Shown piece after piece: positions 25,886 through 40,130 of a DNA stretch of 64,000 bases. Both the position numbers and the translations under genes were made by a program. Below the pieces are notes generated by a model. That model was not told the DNA's origin. It saw nothing but the letters and a program-made list of their open reading frames with translations, and made no database searches. Origin of the DNA: Trichoplax adhaerens. Taxonomy: Eukaryota > Animalia > Placozoa. Location: assembly GCF_000150275.1 (NCBI RefSeq), contig NW_002060948.1, forward strand, positions 558,001 to 622,000, read 5' to 3'. Positions within the stretch are counted from its first letter, which is position 1; every line of letters begins with the position of its first letter.

Positions 25886-28800
25886 ATGGTTATCAGTAGG
25901 CAAGAGAATAGGAAAACAACGGTAGCTGCCGTTTTGGAACATATTAAAGAATTAGGTTAGTTAATTTTGTCGAATATGGCCTTATTTTAAATATATGAAA
26001 TAGGCCATAATTTAGCTCTTGAAGATCGCTCATACTTTCATCTATTATAGACATAATATAATACAGAGATTGAAATGATTTTAATAAACCTTATTAATCG
26101 TCTACAATAACCGTAATAGATGAGAAATTTGATGAAAATCAATATGATGATACTTGTCGAACGCTACTCAAGGATATTTCAGAAGGAATTGTTCAATTAG
26201 TAAGCATAAATCTTGCAAATGTGTCTATCGCAACTTTATTGGTTTTAGTTTTCACATCGAAATATTAGACTACAGAGGTTTAGAACTAAAATAAGGATAA
26301 GCGTCGTCTCTTTAAAATATAATTAGGAATTAGAATGTCAAACTATTCAAGAAAATGGCGAAGCTAAATCGATTGAAGCCAGTAGTCTTCGACATCGCTT
26401 TCAAATATTTCCAGAACAGATTGAAAATGAATTAAATAGTAAGCTGTAAATTTGCACTGTAGCAAATTAATCGATCACATTGCATTACTGTCTAGATATA
26501 ATGCAAATGGATAGCCTGGAAGTGTTACGGATAATCTTAATGATAACAATCTAGTTAGAAATTTTAGTTAATATTGATTCCTAAACTAAACCATCTTTAG
26601 GCGCAGTTGAATCAGCTCGAAATTCCAATATTGAAGAATTAACATCATTACAAGTAAGTATTAAATTAAATACAGACTAAACCACGCTGGCTTTGCAATA
26701 AAGTTCTCTTATTCTCAAATATTAGATTTAAATCTACGCGTACTCCCTGTTTTTTTAACTGATATTGCTAAAACCTTTAAATGATTGTAAATTATCCAAC
26801 GCACTGTAGCAGTGTTAAAATTACTTACTAAAGCAAAATCTTGACTATCGGACAATCTTAGACAAGCTTAAACAAAATTCAAGCAGTTATTAAAGATTTT
26901 AAGGATCGCCATCTTAAAGTAGAAAAGGAAAATTCAGCTATTGAGTGAGTATGACCAAGGATATCGAGATTTAAAAGCATCAAACTTAAAGTATCATTGC
27001 TCTTTACCTAATATCTCTCGTTAAGAATCTAGATAGGCTACTATAGTTTGTCTACTTTATTACTGTGCCAATAAATATAATAATTTTACTATTATTATCG
27101 ACATCATTAATTAGACCAGAAAAAAATGAAGTCATGGAGAAACATGAAGATATAGTTGGTCAACTAAATGAAAGGATGGCACTTAAAGCAAGGTATCCAT
27201 ATGAATGATTAATTATTTCAAATAATTTTCATGAAGGCATTTATTTGAAAAAATAAAGGAATTATAAAACATGACAAACTAAGGAAAGCAAACTGATCCT
27301 TTTTGCATTTAAAAATTTCATATCTAGTAAGCAAATAAAGCTCAACAATACTCGAGAAAGACTGAGAGATTCTTTGCAAGAGGTAATTTAAACTTAGATA
27401 GGAATGTATTAAATTGGCTGTCAACATCTAATATTGATATATCTGATTAATGTTTAATATTGTAAGCTGGGCATGACAGTTCTAGTTTGATGAATAAATA
27501 TGTGTAGATAATTGATATTGAAGATGAAATTGCTCAAATGAAAGAAGACATGATACAAGAGCGAGCTGATGCAAAGCAAGAGAAATTAAGATTAAAGCAA
27601 GCCATAGTGAGTTAGATGCGTACACGTAAATATAAAACTATGCTTTATCGTTTACTTTTAGTTGAGATTTATTTATACGGTCCTGGATATCACAGTACAT
27701 GACAAATATATCGAAGCCAAAATATACTTTTAAACCTATTTTGATATGTAAAATAAACCCGACATTGCAATTACGGATTGTCTTTCATTTAAGTACCAAT
27801 AGAAATTGTAAAATATCAATTAAAATTAATCTACTGCACTCTAGTATAGTAGAATTTATTATATGGAAACGATTCTCACTAGTATATCAGCATTATTAAA
27901 ATTTATATTCTATTACGCTAGACTTTGTACTGCGGAAAATATTTCCTACTAACATATCGATACCATCATATTATAAGTTATATCAATATACCCTGCTAAA
28001 TTTATTAATACAAGTTGCTAAACATTTTGTTTGCCATAATATTTTGCTTGTAATATCGGTTTCGCTATAAGGCTAAAAGAAATAAAGATGTCAATGACGA
28101 AAGAAGAGTTAATATCTATAAAAGAAGGCAAGCTGTCCTAAGCAAGCTATTTAAAGTTTTCGATAAATTGTGATATTCTGTAATTAATCGTTTCCATCTA
28201 TGCAACCATAGGGAAATCGAAACGTTGAGTGAGCAGTTAATGGAATCGGAATCTAAACTTCAAAGTAAACGCACTGTAAGTATCTTCTACCATCATTCTG
28301 CTGTAGTTATAATAATATGCAGTACAGCAGGTAGTTCTTATATTTAAAAATAACTTTTATTGCTAATATCGTAGCTAAGATCATAATTACTACTAAAATA
28401 TTTACTCACAGGATCTGTATGTATAATGAATAATGGTAATAGTTCTAATTGAAATAAAAAGATTGAGCATAAATTTTTAATATCGATCTTGTTTCTTACC
28501 CTAGGTCGTTGCAAGGCATGAGAAAGCAAAAGATGAGGCAATAGCAAGGGAGAAACATTTGTCTAGTATGCTATCGCAGAAGATAACTGAAAATAATGAG
28601 CTCCGTGAGAAAGGGTTAGAATGATAAATACTAGTTCTAGTCATATTAAATTTCAATAATTTATTATTTATTAATATACGAGTATAATGTTATGTTAGTA
28701 CTACTTTGCTAAGGTAGAGGATTGGATTTATTATTTTACTATAGACAAGGTATTACTAGAAATCATGAGAACATGATTAGAGATTTTGAACGGCAACAGG

Positions 28801-31800
28801 CCAAGTTGAAAGAAGAAAGAGATATTGTAAGATCTTTTCCCTATTGTTAAAGATTGGAGGATTCAGATTCTAAGACTTACTTCTAGTAATAGTGGAATAA
28901 TTTCGAAGTTTTAATAAGAATCTCAAGAATCGTAATCATTCGCTATTTCAATAATAGTTGCAAGAAGAACTCCGACAGGTTACGGAAGAGCAAAAAAAAC
29001 TAGTACAACATCATAAGAGTCATCGAGCAGGTGGTTAACATGAATTGAACTTATGATAAAATAATGTTAAATTAATTATAGCCATACGCCTATCTCAGAT
29101 AATCAATTCTTTACTGTCTATCCTGATCTTTTAATTTTCACCATAGGTGATAAAATTTTCTTCTACTCTTGTAATTATACCTTACTATCTTTATTATTTC
29201 TCGCCATCTATGTAGTATTACAAGATATAGTGCAACAACGGGATGGTGAAGACGCAACACTAAAAGAAGTTCAGAGCTTGTAAGTACTTATATACAAAAT
29301 GTGATTTGTTATTAGTGCTTTACTTCATTAATAATGATATTGCTAATGCTTTTACCTTATATTCAATGCTGGTAACTAATTACATGAAATATGATTTACT
29401 GTTAGTGCTTCACTTAGTTAATACGGGCATTGCTAATAATTTTACTTTACAAGCTTGTAACAGATTTTACGAAATATGATTTGCCGTTAGTGCTTCACTT
29501 AATTAATGTGATATCGTTAATACTCTGGAATTTACCAATATTTTACTTTATATTCAGGGCTTTTAGTCAATTGCACCAAATATTACTTGCTATTAGCCCT
29601 TTATTTAGTGAACGCTGACATTACTAAAAGTTTTTACTTTATATTCACCGTTTGTTAGTAATAATAGGGAATATACTTGCTAGTTAATGTTTAACTTGTA
29701 TAGTAATGAACGTATATGTTTACTACTTTATCTTTTAGAGTTAGAGATACAAGAGATCGCTTTACCAAGGTTTCCGATGAATTATCTAGACTAAAGGATG
29801 AAAGTATTAATTTGGATAACAGAATGAATCGATTAATGGAGGATCATAAGTAAATTGAAATGAAATTGCTAATCGATAATATAACTATAATAGCAACTTA
29901 TTATTTCGTTTTATAGTGATCAATTTGATTAAAATCTTCAACATCTTTAACATTTCTTATAGAGCGACAGTTGAAGTACTTGGCAGACAAATTGAGCAAA
30001 CAAGAACTTCATTAAATTCAGAAAGGAAAGAAAGGTAAAGAAATGTCTTGTCTTTCCCAATAACTTTGCAATAGCTATAATAGGATTAGACATTGGAGAT
30101 GAGTTTGTCTATATGATAATAATAAGATCAACTTATCAAACAAATCTGTTAGTGCTGTGAACGGTATTTAAACATCTATGTTTCTTACTGAAAATGATAC
30201 TTCAATATCCTGTAATTCATATTTACCGTAAATAGGCAAGAATTACAAAATGATCGAGATGTGTTGCAAAAGAAGATTGATAATCTTAAACGAGAACACG
30301 GCAATTTCATGTCTGAGGTGACATCGAGAATTACACGAGGTAAAGAGAAATATCTACAACAAACGCAAAAGGTAAGAAATATATCAAGACGATGACTATT
30401 TCTTGATTAATTGTAGTCTAAAGTTAAGCATTTTGTTAAGCCCTGCTTTGATGTAGAATTATAATTGAAATGGTAGTTATTTATTTATTTTCCATTGTTG
30501 ATCATTATTGGTATTATTTAATATTTCTACTCTCATAAATTATATTGGTCTTAAACTTACACACGTACGTTAAGACCTGAGGTGAATTCTTGTAATATCT
30601 AAAAATGGATGCAGCAGCCAATAAATGCTCCTTCAGTTAGATTAATTCTAACCACCAGTCATCTTTTCATCCACAATAAATAATGGGCTAAAACATTAAA
30701 ATTAGTATCTTGCCAATTGTATAAATGACTCGAAATGTTTGAAATGATGAAAGGAAGAAATAGTTGTTCCTTTCTTTCTCCTGATTGACTCTATTGATCT
30801 CTTGCAGAAAGAAGAAACTAATCGTTTAGTGGGTGAAACAGAAAAGACTGCCAAAAATAAACAGCAACAGCTAGAAAAGGCACAACAAGCCTATAATGAA
30901 ATGACAGCCGATTTGGGTGGTAAAGTAAAAGAGGGCGAGGTAATATTTTCTACTGAATAATAATAACTTTAAAATTCTTCTCTCAGATTTATTACGGCAT
31001 AAAAATTTTTAAACTCCTTTTACGATAGATGTATATTAACTGTATAATATGACACTGAAAGTTGAGCTTAGTAAAATTTACTGACTTTGGGAGTATTCAA
31101 CACTATGTTATACGAATGCATTATTACGGAAATAAAATAGCTAAAATGAACTAACATTAGATAAATTATACTTTACACCTGTAATGGATATTATCTTGCA
31201 TATTGAGAGTCCTAACTCTAATGGCATTTAATTTTCATACTACATCAACCGTTGTTGGTACCATTTTGCATATTAATATTGCAATAACTAATGAAGGCTA
31301 AGTTTTACGCTGTGTTCCTTTGATTAACGATCCACATAAGTTTATTAACACATATCCTAAATTCTATATTGTAACTCTAATTAAGGTTAAGTTTTATACT
31401 CTGTTAATTACTTAAGATCGTAAGTTTTGCTAAAATATGTCTTAAATTCTATAGCTTTAAATTTCGCAAAGTGACAATAGATATATCTCTCTAGCTGTGA
31501 GCATGAAGTATACATTCATTTATAATATTGCTACTAGTTCAATTTCTGTATTCTAAATAAATGAGATTATTCTTGCCAAAAAGACCCTACTAAATAAATT
31601 CTAGGATACGAAATCTATCTTATGGCAAACATTAATAGATCGCTGTTGGGTACATTAAAACTGTATTCGATAATTAGTCATCAGTTGCGGTTGAGTTATG
31701 ATTATTCTACATTTTAGTAATGCTAAATTGACTGAAGTATATGTAGAATATATTTTAAATATCATAATTTTACACCTATGTTATAAAAAGCATCAGTAAG

Positions 31801-33912
31801 ATATTTCTCTAGCTAATGATGACAAAGAATACATTCTCTTTATAACTTTTTTACTGGCTCAACGATAGATTACTGCTAAATATATTAAAGTTTCATAAAA
31901 TAATTAGTCGCTATCAGCTGTTTAGCAGTCCTTATTACTTAGTTGTTAATGATGCTAATCATATTAATTTAAATATAGGATCAAATTAATCGATATCGTC
32001 AAGAATTACAAAATGTTCAGAAAGCGACGGAAGCTGAACAAGTAAATAGATAATAACTACTTGAAATTTCATTCGCTTACTTTCTACTATCAGATCCAGT
32101 ATATTATGATCTATAGACTTATAGCTGTATGTTATCGAATTTTATTAGCCGTTATATCAGGAGAGAGAAAAATTTCACAAAGAAAAACAAGAATTACTGG
32201 ATAAAATGAAGAAAAAAGTTGTTGGTAAGTTGGCGAGCCGATATATTGAAAATTTCAATATTCAGGTTATACCTACAAGCCAACATTATTGAGGATAGAT
32301 ATGTGGTATGCCATAAAATGATGAAGTACTCAGCAGTGTTACTGTTTTTTTTGTTATATTAAGCTTTAAAGAAAGAGCAACAACTACTACAGCAAGAAAT
32401 TACAGAAACTAAAGAGAAAATTGAGGACTGTAAAGAGCCTCGTGTAAGTTGAATGCGATTAATAAATTGTAGCAAATTGCTTTGATTTTCTACCGACATA
32501 ATCAACATAATGATTACCTACATGAAACATATTTCTTTTTCTAGTTAACTTAATTTGGTTTAAATCGTAATTTTCTATAACAGACGCAACTGGAAGAGGA
32601 ATTAGGTATCCGGAAGAATGATTACAATAATTTTCTTAAGAAAGCAGGAGAAGAGATGAGCCAATGTGAGGAAGATATTTATGTGACTACTTCTAAATTA
32701 GACGTCATTATGGAGGAAAATGAAAGATTAGATAATGTAAGTCATCTAAAATATTGAATTTTATAGCTATTCTATATTATACGTGGTAAATAAAGTAATG
32801 TTGTTCGATGGTTAGAGTTTGATAATTCCTTCATATATCATTATACTGAAAATAAGGTGTAATGGAGTGCTATTTAGTATTAAATAGTTTAAAGTTGATC
32901 AGAATAGTCGTTTATCATTTAATTTTAAAAGTTCTCTTGTTTTCTAACAGTTAATTTAGAATTCAACCATGAGTAAATACCCTTAGATGAAGTTATTTCA
33001 GTAGCAATCTATACCTCAAGCTATAATTATGTACTCTATTAAATGTTACAGGCTATGAATAAGCTCCAGGCAAATTTAGATCGAGTAAATTATGCAATTG
33101 AAGAGAAGAATAATCTATTTAGGGCTATGACTAATCGAAAGGAACACATTACAAGTAAGTAAATAGTTTTATATACTCTCAAGCAAGGTAATATGGTTGT
33201 CAAAAATATATGATGATATGCATACCGTACCCTAAATTAATCTTAATATTTCAGGGCAATCGCTGTTATTTTCATATTTATTAATTCAATCTACATTAAA
33301 TTCTTATAAATTAGCTACATTAAAGGACGCATGGGCGAAAGATAGAAACATGGACGTGGTAAGTTGTCAATTTGTTGGGGGTATAGAATAAAATTAAAAT
33401 CGTAATTTATATTATTATCATGTTCATCGCCGTCCATGGGAAGATACCGTGGTTATTTTGATTCGAAATATGTCTAATTTTCTTCTTGAATGTTACGATT
33501 TACCAATTATTATTTTAAATTTTAACTGCAATAATTTAAAATGTGAAAATGATCATTGACTTTGTAATCATAGCCATAAGCTTGATGTAAACTTTACTTT
33601 CGTATATCACAATTTTAGAAATTTGCTATTCGCGATACAGACACAGTTGCTGAAATTACGGACTTTGAAAATGGAATGCAAGAGCGTGGAGAAGAGTAAG
33701 TTATGAAATTAAATATTTAAGAAAGGGCGATAAATTAATATAGACTACGATAAATATGCGTCATAGGTGTAGACGTAGAATTCTATTTGTTAATCAGATA
33801 AACTATGAATTTGAATATTAGGTTACAAGGCATTCAGTCATTAATTGAGGGCGAATTGGACAATTTAACCCAGTTTTTGGAAAATTTAAGGCCTTATAAT
33901 AAAGGTTTCTAA
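25886..33912 (+). CDS. Long coiled-coil protein, CCDC175-like, more than 20 exons
   Basis: Many E/K/Q-rich short exons with canonical splice sites. The N-terminal VAAVLEHIKEL..SIEASSLRHRFQIFPEQIENELN/AVESARNSNIEEL resembles the CCDC175 N-terminus as recalled. Last exon LQGIQSLIEGELDNLTQFLENL..F*. Start uncertain because an acceptor precedes the ATG. Confidence 0.7.
29298..29700. repeat. Degenerate ~85-90-bp intronic tandem repeat
   Basis: aaat(a/g)tgattt...(a/g)ttagtgctt(t/c)actt..ttaat recurs at ~29298, ~29387 and ~29472, with more decayed copies following. Confidence 0.65.
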
Positions 33913-35122
33913 CTGAATGTATAAGAGCAGCTAATTGTACAATTATTATGTATGCAATAATGACAGCTAAATAAATTTCCTTTTTCATATAAAGATGGCG
34001 ATGAACCTGGTAATAAAAGAACACATCATAGAGTAAGGCAAGCCAAGAAGAAATCACATAATCATTAAGCCTAGGATAAGTTGAAATACTTGGAAGTACA
34101 GTATTTAAAAGTCTACATTGCAGTAATGGCTTTTGAAGCTTTTATATTGCTTAAATTTTATACATTTGTAAATAGTTGATTGCAAAGTAAAACTATCGTA
34201 GAATTTTATTACATAATAATTGTTAGAAATTTTATTACAAATCGGTCATCACTTGTTACTATTAATAAATTGAAAGTGATTAATATTGTAATATAAAAGT
34301 TATTATGAATACTAATATCATGCAACTATCGAAATCACGATGCTACTGTATTAACATTGGACCATTAATCTGTTTATGCATTTTATGTCTTGTTGACATG
34401 TTACTGTTACATGAAAAGTTATCGAACCGCATTTTTGAATAAATTTAGCATTTGGAGATCAACGCTTTTCAAGCGAATAAACAGCATAAACTGACTCTAC
34501 AAGGTGTTTACAACAGAATGATAGTAGTTTATACTCCTGGAATACGACATGAAAATAATGCTAGAATAAATATAGCTACCACGATAGAGTATCTTTGTAT
34601 GAATATAGCAATACTATTTTCGCTAGAAATCATAAACATTGATAACAATTAACAATTAATTAATATTGTAAGATAGCTTCATGGACAGGGATCATCAACT
34701 GGAGCATACCATCTATAGGAAGGATGCTGGGCCAATCAGAATAACTTCTAGTACTCTTTATCATTATAAATTTGAATATCGCATTCCGATAATTCGGCCA
34801 TAGTTGAATCTTTCTAACCAAGTTTAAATTTTTATATGTATTACTTGATTCCATTAACATGCCCTATAATTGCATGGTAATGTAAAATTACAATAGTATA
34901 CCCATACATACAATGACTGATTGGACTTTCTAAATCACAGATTGAGCCAATAATTTAAAATTTGGATTGACAAAGCTGGTTGATTCTATCCAGTTTCATA
35001 GGCATAAACATTAATAAGATCCTGTTTTGATATTACAAGTGAACCATTTTATGAATAAAATTGCCTACAGAGGTTGACCAAAAGGCATGACTAGTCAATT
35101 TAACAAGCCTTGAAGATTTCAC

Positions 35123-35740
35123 TCAAGTGGCAAATCTTTGCGTCCATTGCCTAGCTATCTCATCGTGCCTGCTTTTATCTTGGAAGTAAAGGAGTGCAAT
35201 ATTATCGACTAATGGTTTGCTTGGAATACAATTCTTTAATAGGTTACAAATTGATTGTAAAATTTGACTAATAGTTGTTGTTGGGCTCCAGTTTTCATTC
35301 AATAGATCCAAGCAAATTGCCCCTTTGGAATTGATATTACAGTGATAAACACGTGTACGAAATGTTACAGTAGGTGGCTTAAATGGATAATCATTGGTAA
35401 ATTCCAACTCTAAGAAGAAGACACCACCTTGGTAAACTGATCCAGCTGGGCCTAATATCGTAGCAACCCATTGATAGATATTATCACCTTTAGGGCCAGC
35501 AGAACAGTTAGCTGGTGGATGTAGAGTTAGCTCTGTCAGTTCGAGTTGTAGGCGACGAACACTAGCACCCATGCCATTAATTTTACTATGCCATTTCGAA
35601 GATTTGGTCTCTACAGGTGATGAATAACGATTTCTTAAGGATTGTTTCTGATCTGTTTCAGCATAAGGATCTTGATTTGGATCTTGTTGATCTTCATCCA
35701 TTTCGGTAAGATGCGTTAACGTACTGCTTTCTTCTAACAT
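35123..35740 (-). CDS. Ubiquitin-conjugating enzyme, UBE2E (class III) family, intronless
   Basis: [68 protein letters not shown]. The HCN motif and N-terminal extension are typical of UBE2E. Confidence 0.93.
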   Translation of the reverse strand: MLEESSTLTHLTEMDEDQQDPNQDPYAETDQKQSLRNRYSSPVETKSSKWHSKINGMGASVRRLQLELTELTLHPPANCSAGPKGDNIYQWVATILGPAGSVYQGGVFFLELEFTNDYPFKPPTVTFRTRVYHCNINSKGAICLDLLNENWSPTTTISQILQSICNLLKNCIPSKPLVDNIALLYFQDKSRHDEIARQWTQRFAT

Positions 35741-36592
35741 ATTGTCTCACTTTTTTTTCATTGTATGGCTAATTTTCCTTCATGTTACTGCTACTCTTGC
35801 TATAGAGTAGTTGCCATATTTGGTAGACTTGTATTGCCAAATTATAATATTAAAATTGATCGAATAGAAGAATATGCGAGCAAAATGAATCAATTTACTG
35901 TAGTAAAATGGAGCAAGGATGATATAGACGAGTTGTTGGTAATCGAGTAGTGGCCACCTACAGTGAATCGTCCAATTTCTGTACGCTTCCATATACTGTT
36001 TAGTATAAGCTTTGGACTACTGCATGCGCACAGGATAATAAGAAACTGCTGTACCTTAAGTACAGTATATTACTGTATAGTTTAGCGGTTGAATAACAAA
36101 TTGCTCATGGCCCAAACATGCTTAAAATTACTACCAAACTGTATTGTGAAAGGATTGAATCAAGAAGTTCTGTATGACAATTCGTGATTATCTTATGAGC
36201 TCAAGTTTTCCTCTTGAACTCTGTATTTAATCGATAATTTGCGTATTCAAATAAATCGATTGGTATGATAGAAGTGATTGTTGACTACTAAGCTCCCTAA
36301 CTTGTTTCTCTTTATACAATCAGTACTGCACGACTGCAGTATTTGGTCAGTTGGCTACCAGGCCGTGTAGCCCAGCTGTCCACACTGCAATCCCATGCAT
36401 AAAAATCAGTATTGATTTCATTTTTAGATTGCAAAGTAAGGTGCAGAATGTAAGATATTCAACTATGAAAGGATAGAAATCATCCATGGGCAGCCATATT
36501 ACAGTATAAAGATTTCAGATGAAATATGGAGTATGCCACAGTTATGGCTGCCATGGCTTAGGCATGCGCAAAGCATACCATTTTGCTTACCA

Positions 36593-36606
36593 GTTGCCTA
36601 GACAAC
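36593..36606. promoter_or_regulatory. RFX X-box upstream of LRRC73
   Basis: gttgcctagacaac, 360 bp upstream of the ATG. An NRF1-like gcatgcgc lies at ~36562. Confidence 0.6.
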
Positions 36607-36965
36607 ATCGACAGTATTGATGGCTATCGAGTAAGTTACGATTGATCACTGAGGTTTAGTGCTAAAATAGAAAGTATTCGTAGACATTCTACTATAATTA
36701 CTTTAAGCATAGCCGTTACATTGTAAAGGTTAAGTTATAAGATTTATCCCACTTGAATTCGGATACTTTTTACTTGTACTTTAGTCGAAATCCCATCTAA
36801 TCTTTTTGCGCTCTCATATCTAGTTGTAGTGAAATCATAAGTCGTTGAATATTATTGTGTACCGATATAACCACCGTTGTGGCAGTTCTCACTTTTACGT
36901 TGGCTAAATATTATTAGTGATCACAATAAAGCCCCAAGGAAGTGGTTTTATATAATCATTCTACT

Positions 36966-39260
36966 ATGATGTTAGGCTCAATTCAAATAACCAGAGAAAA
37001 TCTTACCGGCATAGATGTAGCTGAGATAGCTATATCGCTACGTAAAAATGAAGTTACTTTACTCCTTTTACGTGAATGTACTGTAACGGATGCGGATTTC
37101 GAAAAATTGGCTAATGCTCTTGCTCAATGCAAATCTATCGTACAACTAACTCTCAATATTGGAATTGTATCCAACATTCAACGTATTGCCATCCTGGCTA
37201 AAGTCCTGCAACTAAATAAATCTCTTCGACGTTTGCAGTAAGTTAATAGAGCTTATATTTAACTGATAAAAGTAGTAAATTCTATTATGGTAAACGATAA
37301 CTATTATAATGATGGACTAATACTAATAGAATATAGTAATCAGATTTACTTTATATACCATGCATGTTATATAAAGTCTTTGATGCATCAAATTAAAGTA
37401 GCTTCTTTATCGGTAGTAGTAAAGTTTTTAAATTTTTCCGGATAAGTTATATCAATGATATATTATAACATTGATAGTTAATGCTACTTGTATACTTCTT
37501 TCTTATATAAATATGAGCATGCTATTGTATCAAATATCGCATTATTGGATAGCAAACGTGCAAGTAAATTATTACTTTAAGAAAATGAATGCTAATTGCT
37601 ATTTACATAAATATTAGCCTACATGGTTCTCCTCTTGGCAATGATGGTTTAGCTTGTTTAATGCCAGGCCTACTAATACATCCAACTTTAACTGATTTTG
37701 ATGCTGGAGATTGTCAGCTTGGAGATGATGCTATTCGGGATATTGCTACGTTGATAATTGAAAAGGAAAAAAGAAAGCATCCTATAACTGTTCTTACTCT
37801 CAGCGCGAATCAAGGTACCCTAATGATTAAAAGTTTGCTTAAACAGTAACATATATACGTATGTCATCATTTTTTCCCCTTCATATCTTCTACGCTAAAT
37901 ACAGATATCTGACAGAAAATATTACATGCTTTAATATTTCTTCACATCGTTTTTGAAATTATATATTATTTTTATACACTTAGATGTTACTGCCAAAGGA
38001 TGGACTAGTCTGATTGCAGCTGTAGCAACTGCTAGATATCTCCGAAGTCTTCACATAGATTATACACGACTAGGAGATTATGGGGCCGGTATCATCGCTG
38101 TAATGTTAGCTTCTAATCGTTCATTAAGACAGCTAGACATTGAAGACACTGGCATAACAGATAATGGAGCTGAACTTATGCTACATTCACTTTATTCTTT
38201 TCCAACATCGATCTCAAACTTTATTCTGGATGAGAATGATATACATGAGGAGATACTTAGTGAGATTGATAGCTGTTTAAATCATGATCACGAAGACGAA
38301 AATATAGATGATAACGACAGTGCTGAAAATAATAAAGATGACGATGAAAGTTCTTCTGATGAACACAAGATGACATCTGTTAGCCTTAGAACGGCTGTTA
38401 GGTTTGCTCATCAAAAAAGTGAAAGTGAAAGCGATGAAGAATCGAATACAGGCCGTGGTTACAATGATACCTTCCCTAGCTTTATTCAATCAAAGCAAAT
38501 GTCTGAATCAGATGAAGATGATCGGAAAAGAATTGCATCAAAGTTACGATTAATTCAGAAAGATGGTACTCAAGAAGGAGATTATTTCGATGGAAGGAAG
38601 CCTACTTCCTCTAGAACTGAAAATAACGGGCGCAAAGATAGACATAAACACTCAAATCTGCCAAGAAAGATGTCATCAGACAGTGGTAGTAGTGGCGACA
38701 ATGATAACAGTAAGAGAGTAGAAGTTCAGGTGCACTACGATACTAAGAAAATCTCGCATCATGATCAAGATCAACCTATGTCTAAAAAACACAATGTTAA
38801 ACATCGCATTGATGATAGCGATAAAGAAAGTGATAAAAATTCAACTTCAAGGATACAAAATAATATTTTAAATGAAGAAATTGAGCATAATCAAAACTCT
38901 AACTCCAGTGATAATCAAGACCAATGGAAAGAAAGTGTTTCTACCGACAAGTCGAATTCTCGTAAACATGGCATTAATCAAGAAGTACAAAGCAGCGATG
39001 ATAATGAAGAGAATGACCATCATGAACGTGACGTAAAAGATAATGATAAAGTAGATAAAACAAATATTCAGTACGAAAGTGACGATAGTAGTAGTAGTAG
39101 TAGTAGAAGGAATAAGGCTGATGATAGGAAAAATGAGGTAGCAAGAAGTCGGAACGTGGTGAAAGGAGTAGAAATTAATAGCGATGAAGATGATGATGCC
39201 GATAATGATATAGTGCAAAGTAGTGTTAAATCTAAAGCTACTAAGGAAGTAGTAAACTAA
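36966..39260 (+). CDS. LRRC73: Leucine-rich repeat protein 73 with long acidic low-complexity tail, 3 coding exons
   Basis: MMLGSIQITRENLTG.., LTLNIGIVS, LHGSPLG..GL..L.P.L..HP.L..FDAGDCQLGDDAI, LTLSAN, VTAKGW and LDIEDTGITD match LRRC73 colinearly. Confidence 0.92.
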
Positions 39261-40130
39261 GCTAATTATATTAGGGCAATAGCTTAAACAATATCATTCT
39301 CAATCGTCTAACTTTCTACACATTTCCCATGCAATAATTGAATCTTAGACTATATTTCATGTTTGTAAATTAGTATTTATAAATTATTGATATCGCGTGA
39401 ATGTTATTACCATAAAAGGCATACACATATTATCATAGATTTATAATCTTAAATAAATACTGTATATAATATTCAATTCTATCTTACATGTATATCACTA
39501 TTATTTCAGATTCCAAGAAATATTTTATTAAAGCTTACTAGTATCGCTTTATTCCATTTACAATTTAACTTTAAATTATCTATAGTACTTTAGAGGATAA
39601 ATATGTAATAGCTAATGTAATTTCACGATGAAATGACGATTTGTGATTATGAATGAAAATCAAAGTAAGAAATAAATAATACTATCGTATTTGAATAGCT
39701 GACGTTAATAAATACGGCAAAATTTATTATTCTTCACTTCCTTACAAACTTTTCCGGTACATGAAAATTTGATCAATACATCAAATTGGCTAATTATTCA
39801 TTATCTTTTAGCTTATTTAACTAGATACTTAGATTACTACGTGTATAATTACATTTAAAGAACTACATAACTATACCTTGAAGTTTGAACTAATTAAATG
39901 TAAGCTACGTCTATGCTTTCATTAATTGCAGAAACAGTACGTGCAATGAAGGATTTCAAATATCTGATAATTAACTCCTTATAATACTGTACTTAGGAAG
40001 AGTATTGGATAATAGACGTTGACGCTTTCGTAACTTGAATTTTTAAACATCGTAAATTACTTGTAAGATCGAGCGTCGTTAAAATACTAAATAGATCCAT
40101 ATAACAACTTAAAAAATTAAGCTAATGTTC

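Noticed and set aside
31285-31940. Short decayed duplications in a CCDC175-like intron
   Set aside because: Two-copy, low-identity AT-rich duplications with no terminal repeats or coding signal; ordinary intron turnover.
38277-39218. Antisense hydrophobic ORFs (38277-38489, 38868-39218)
   Set aside because: Shadow frames of the GAT/GAA/AAT-rich LRRC73 tail.
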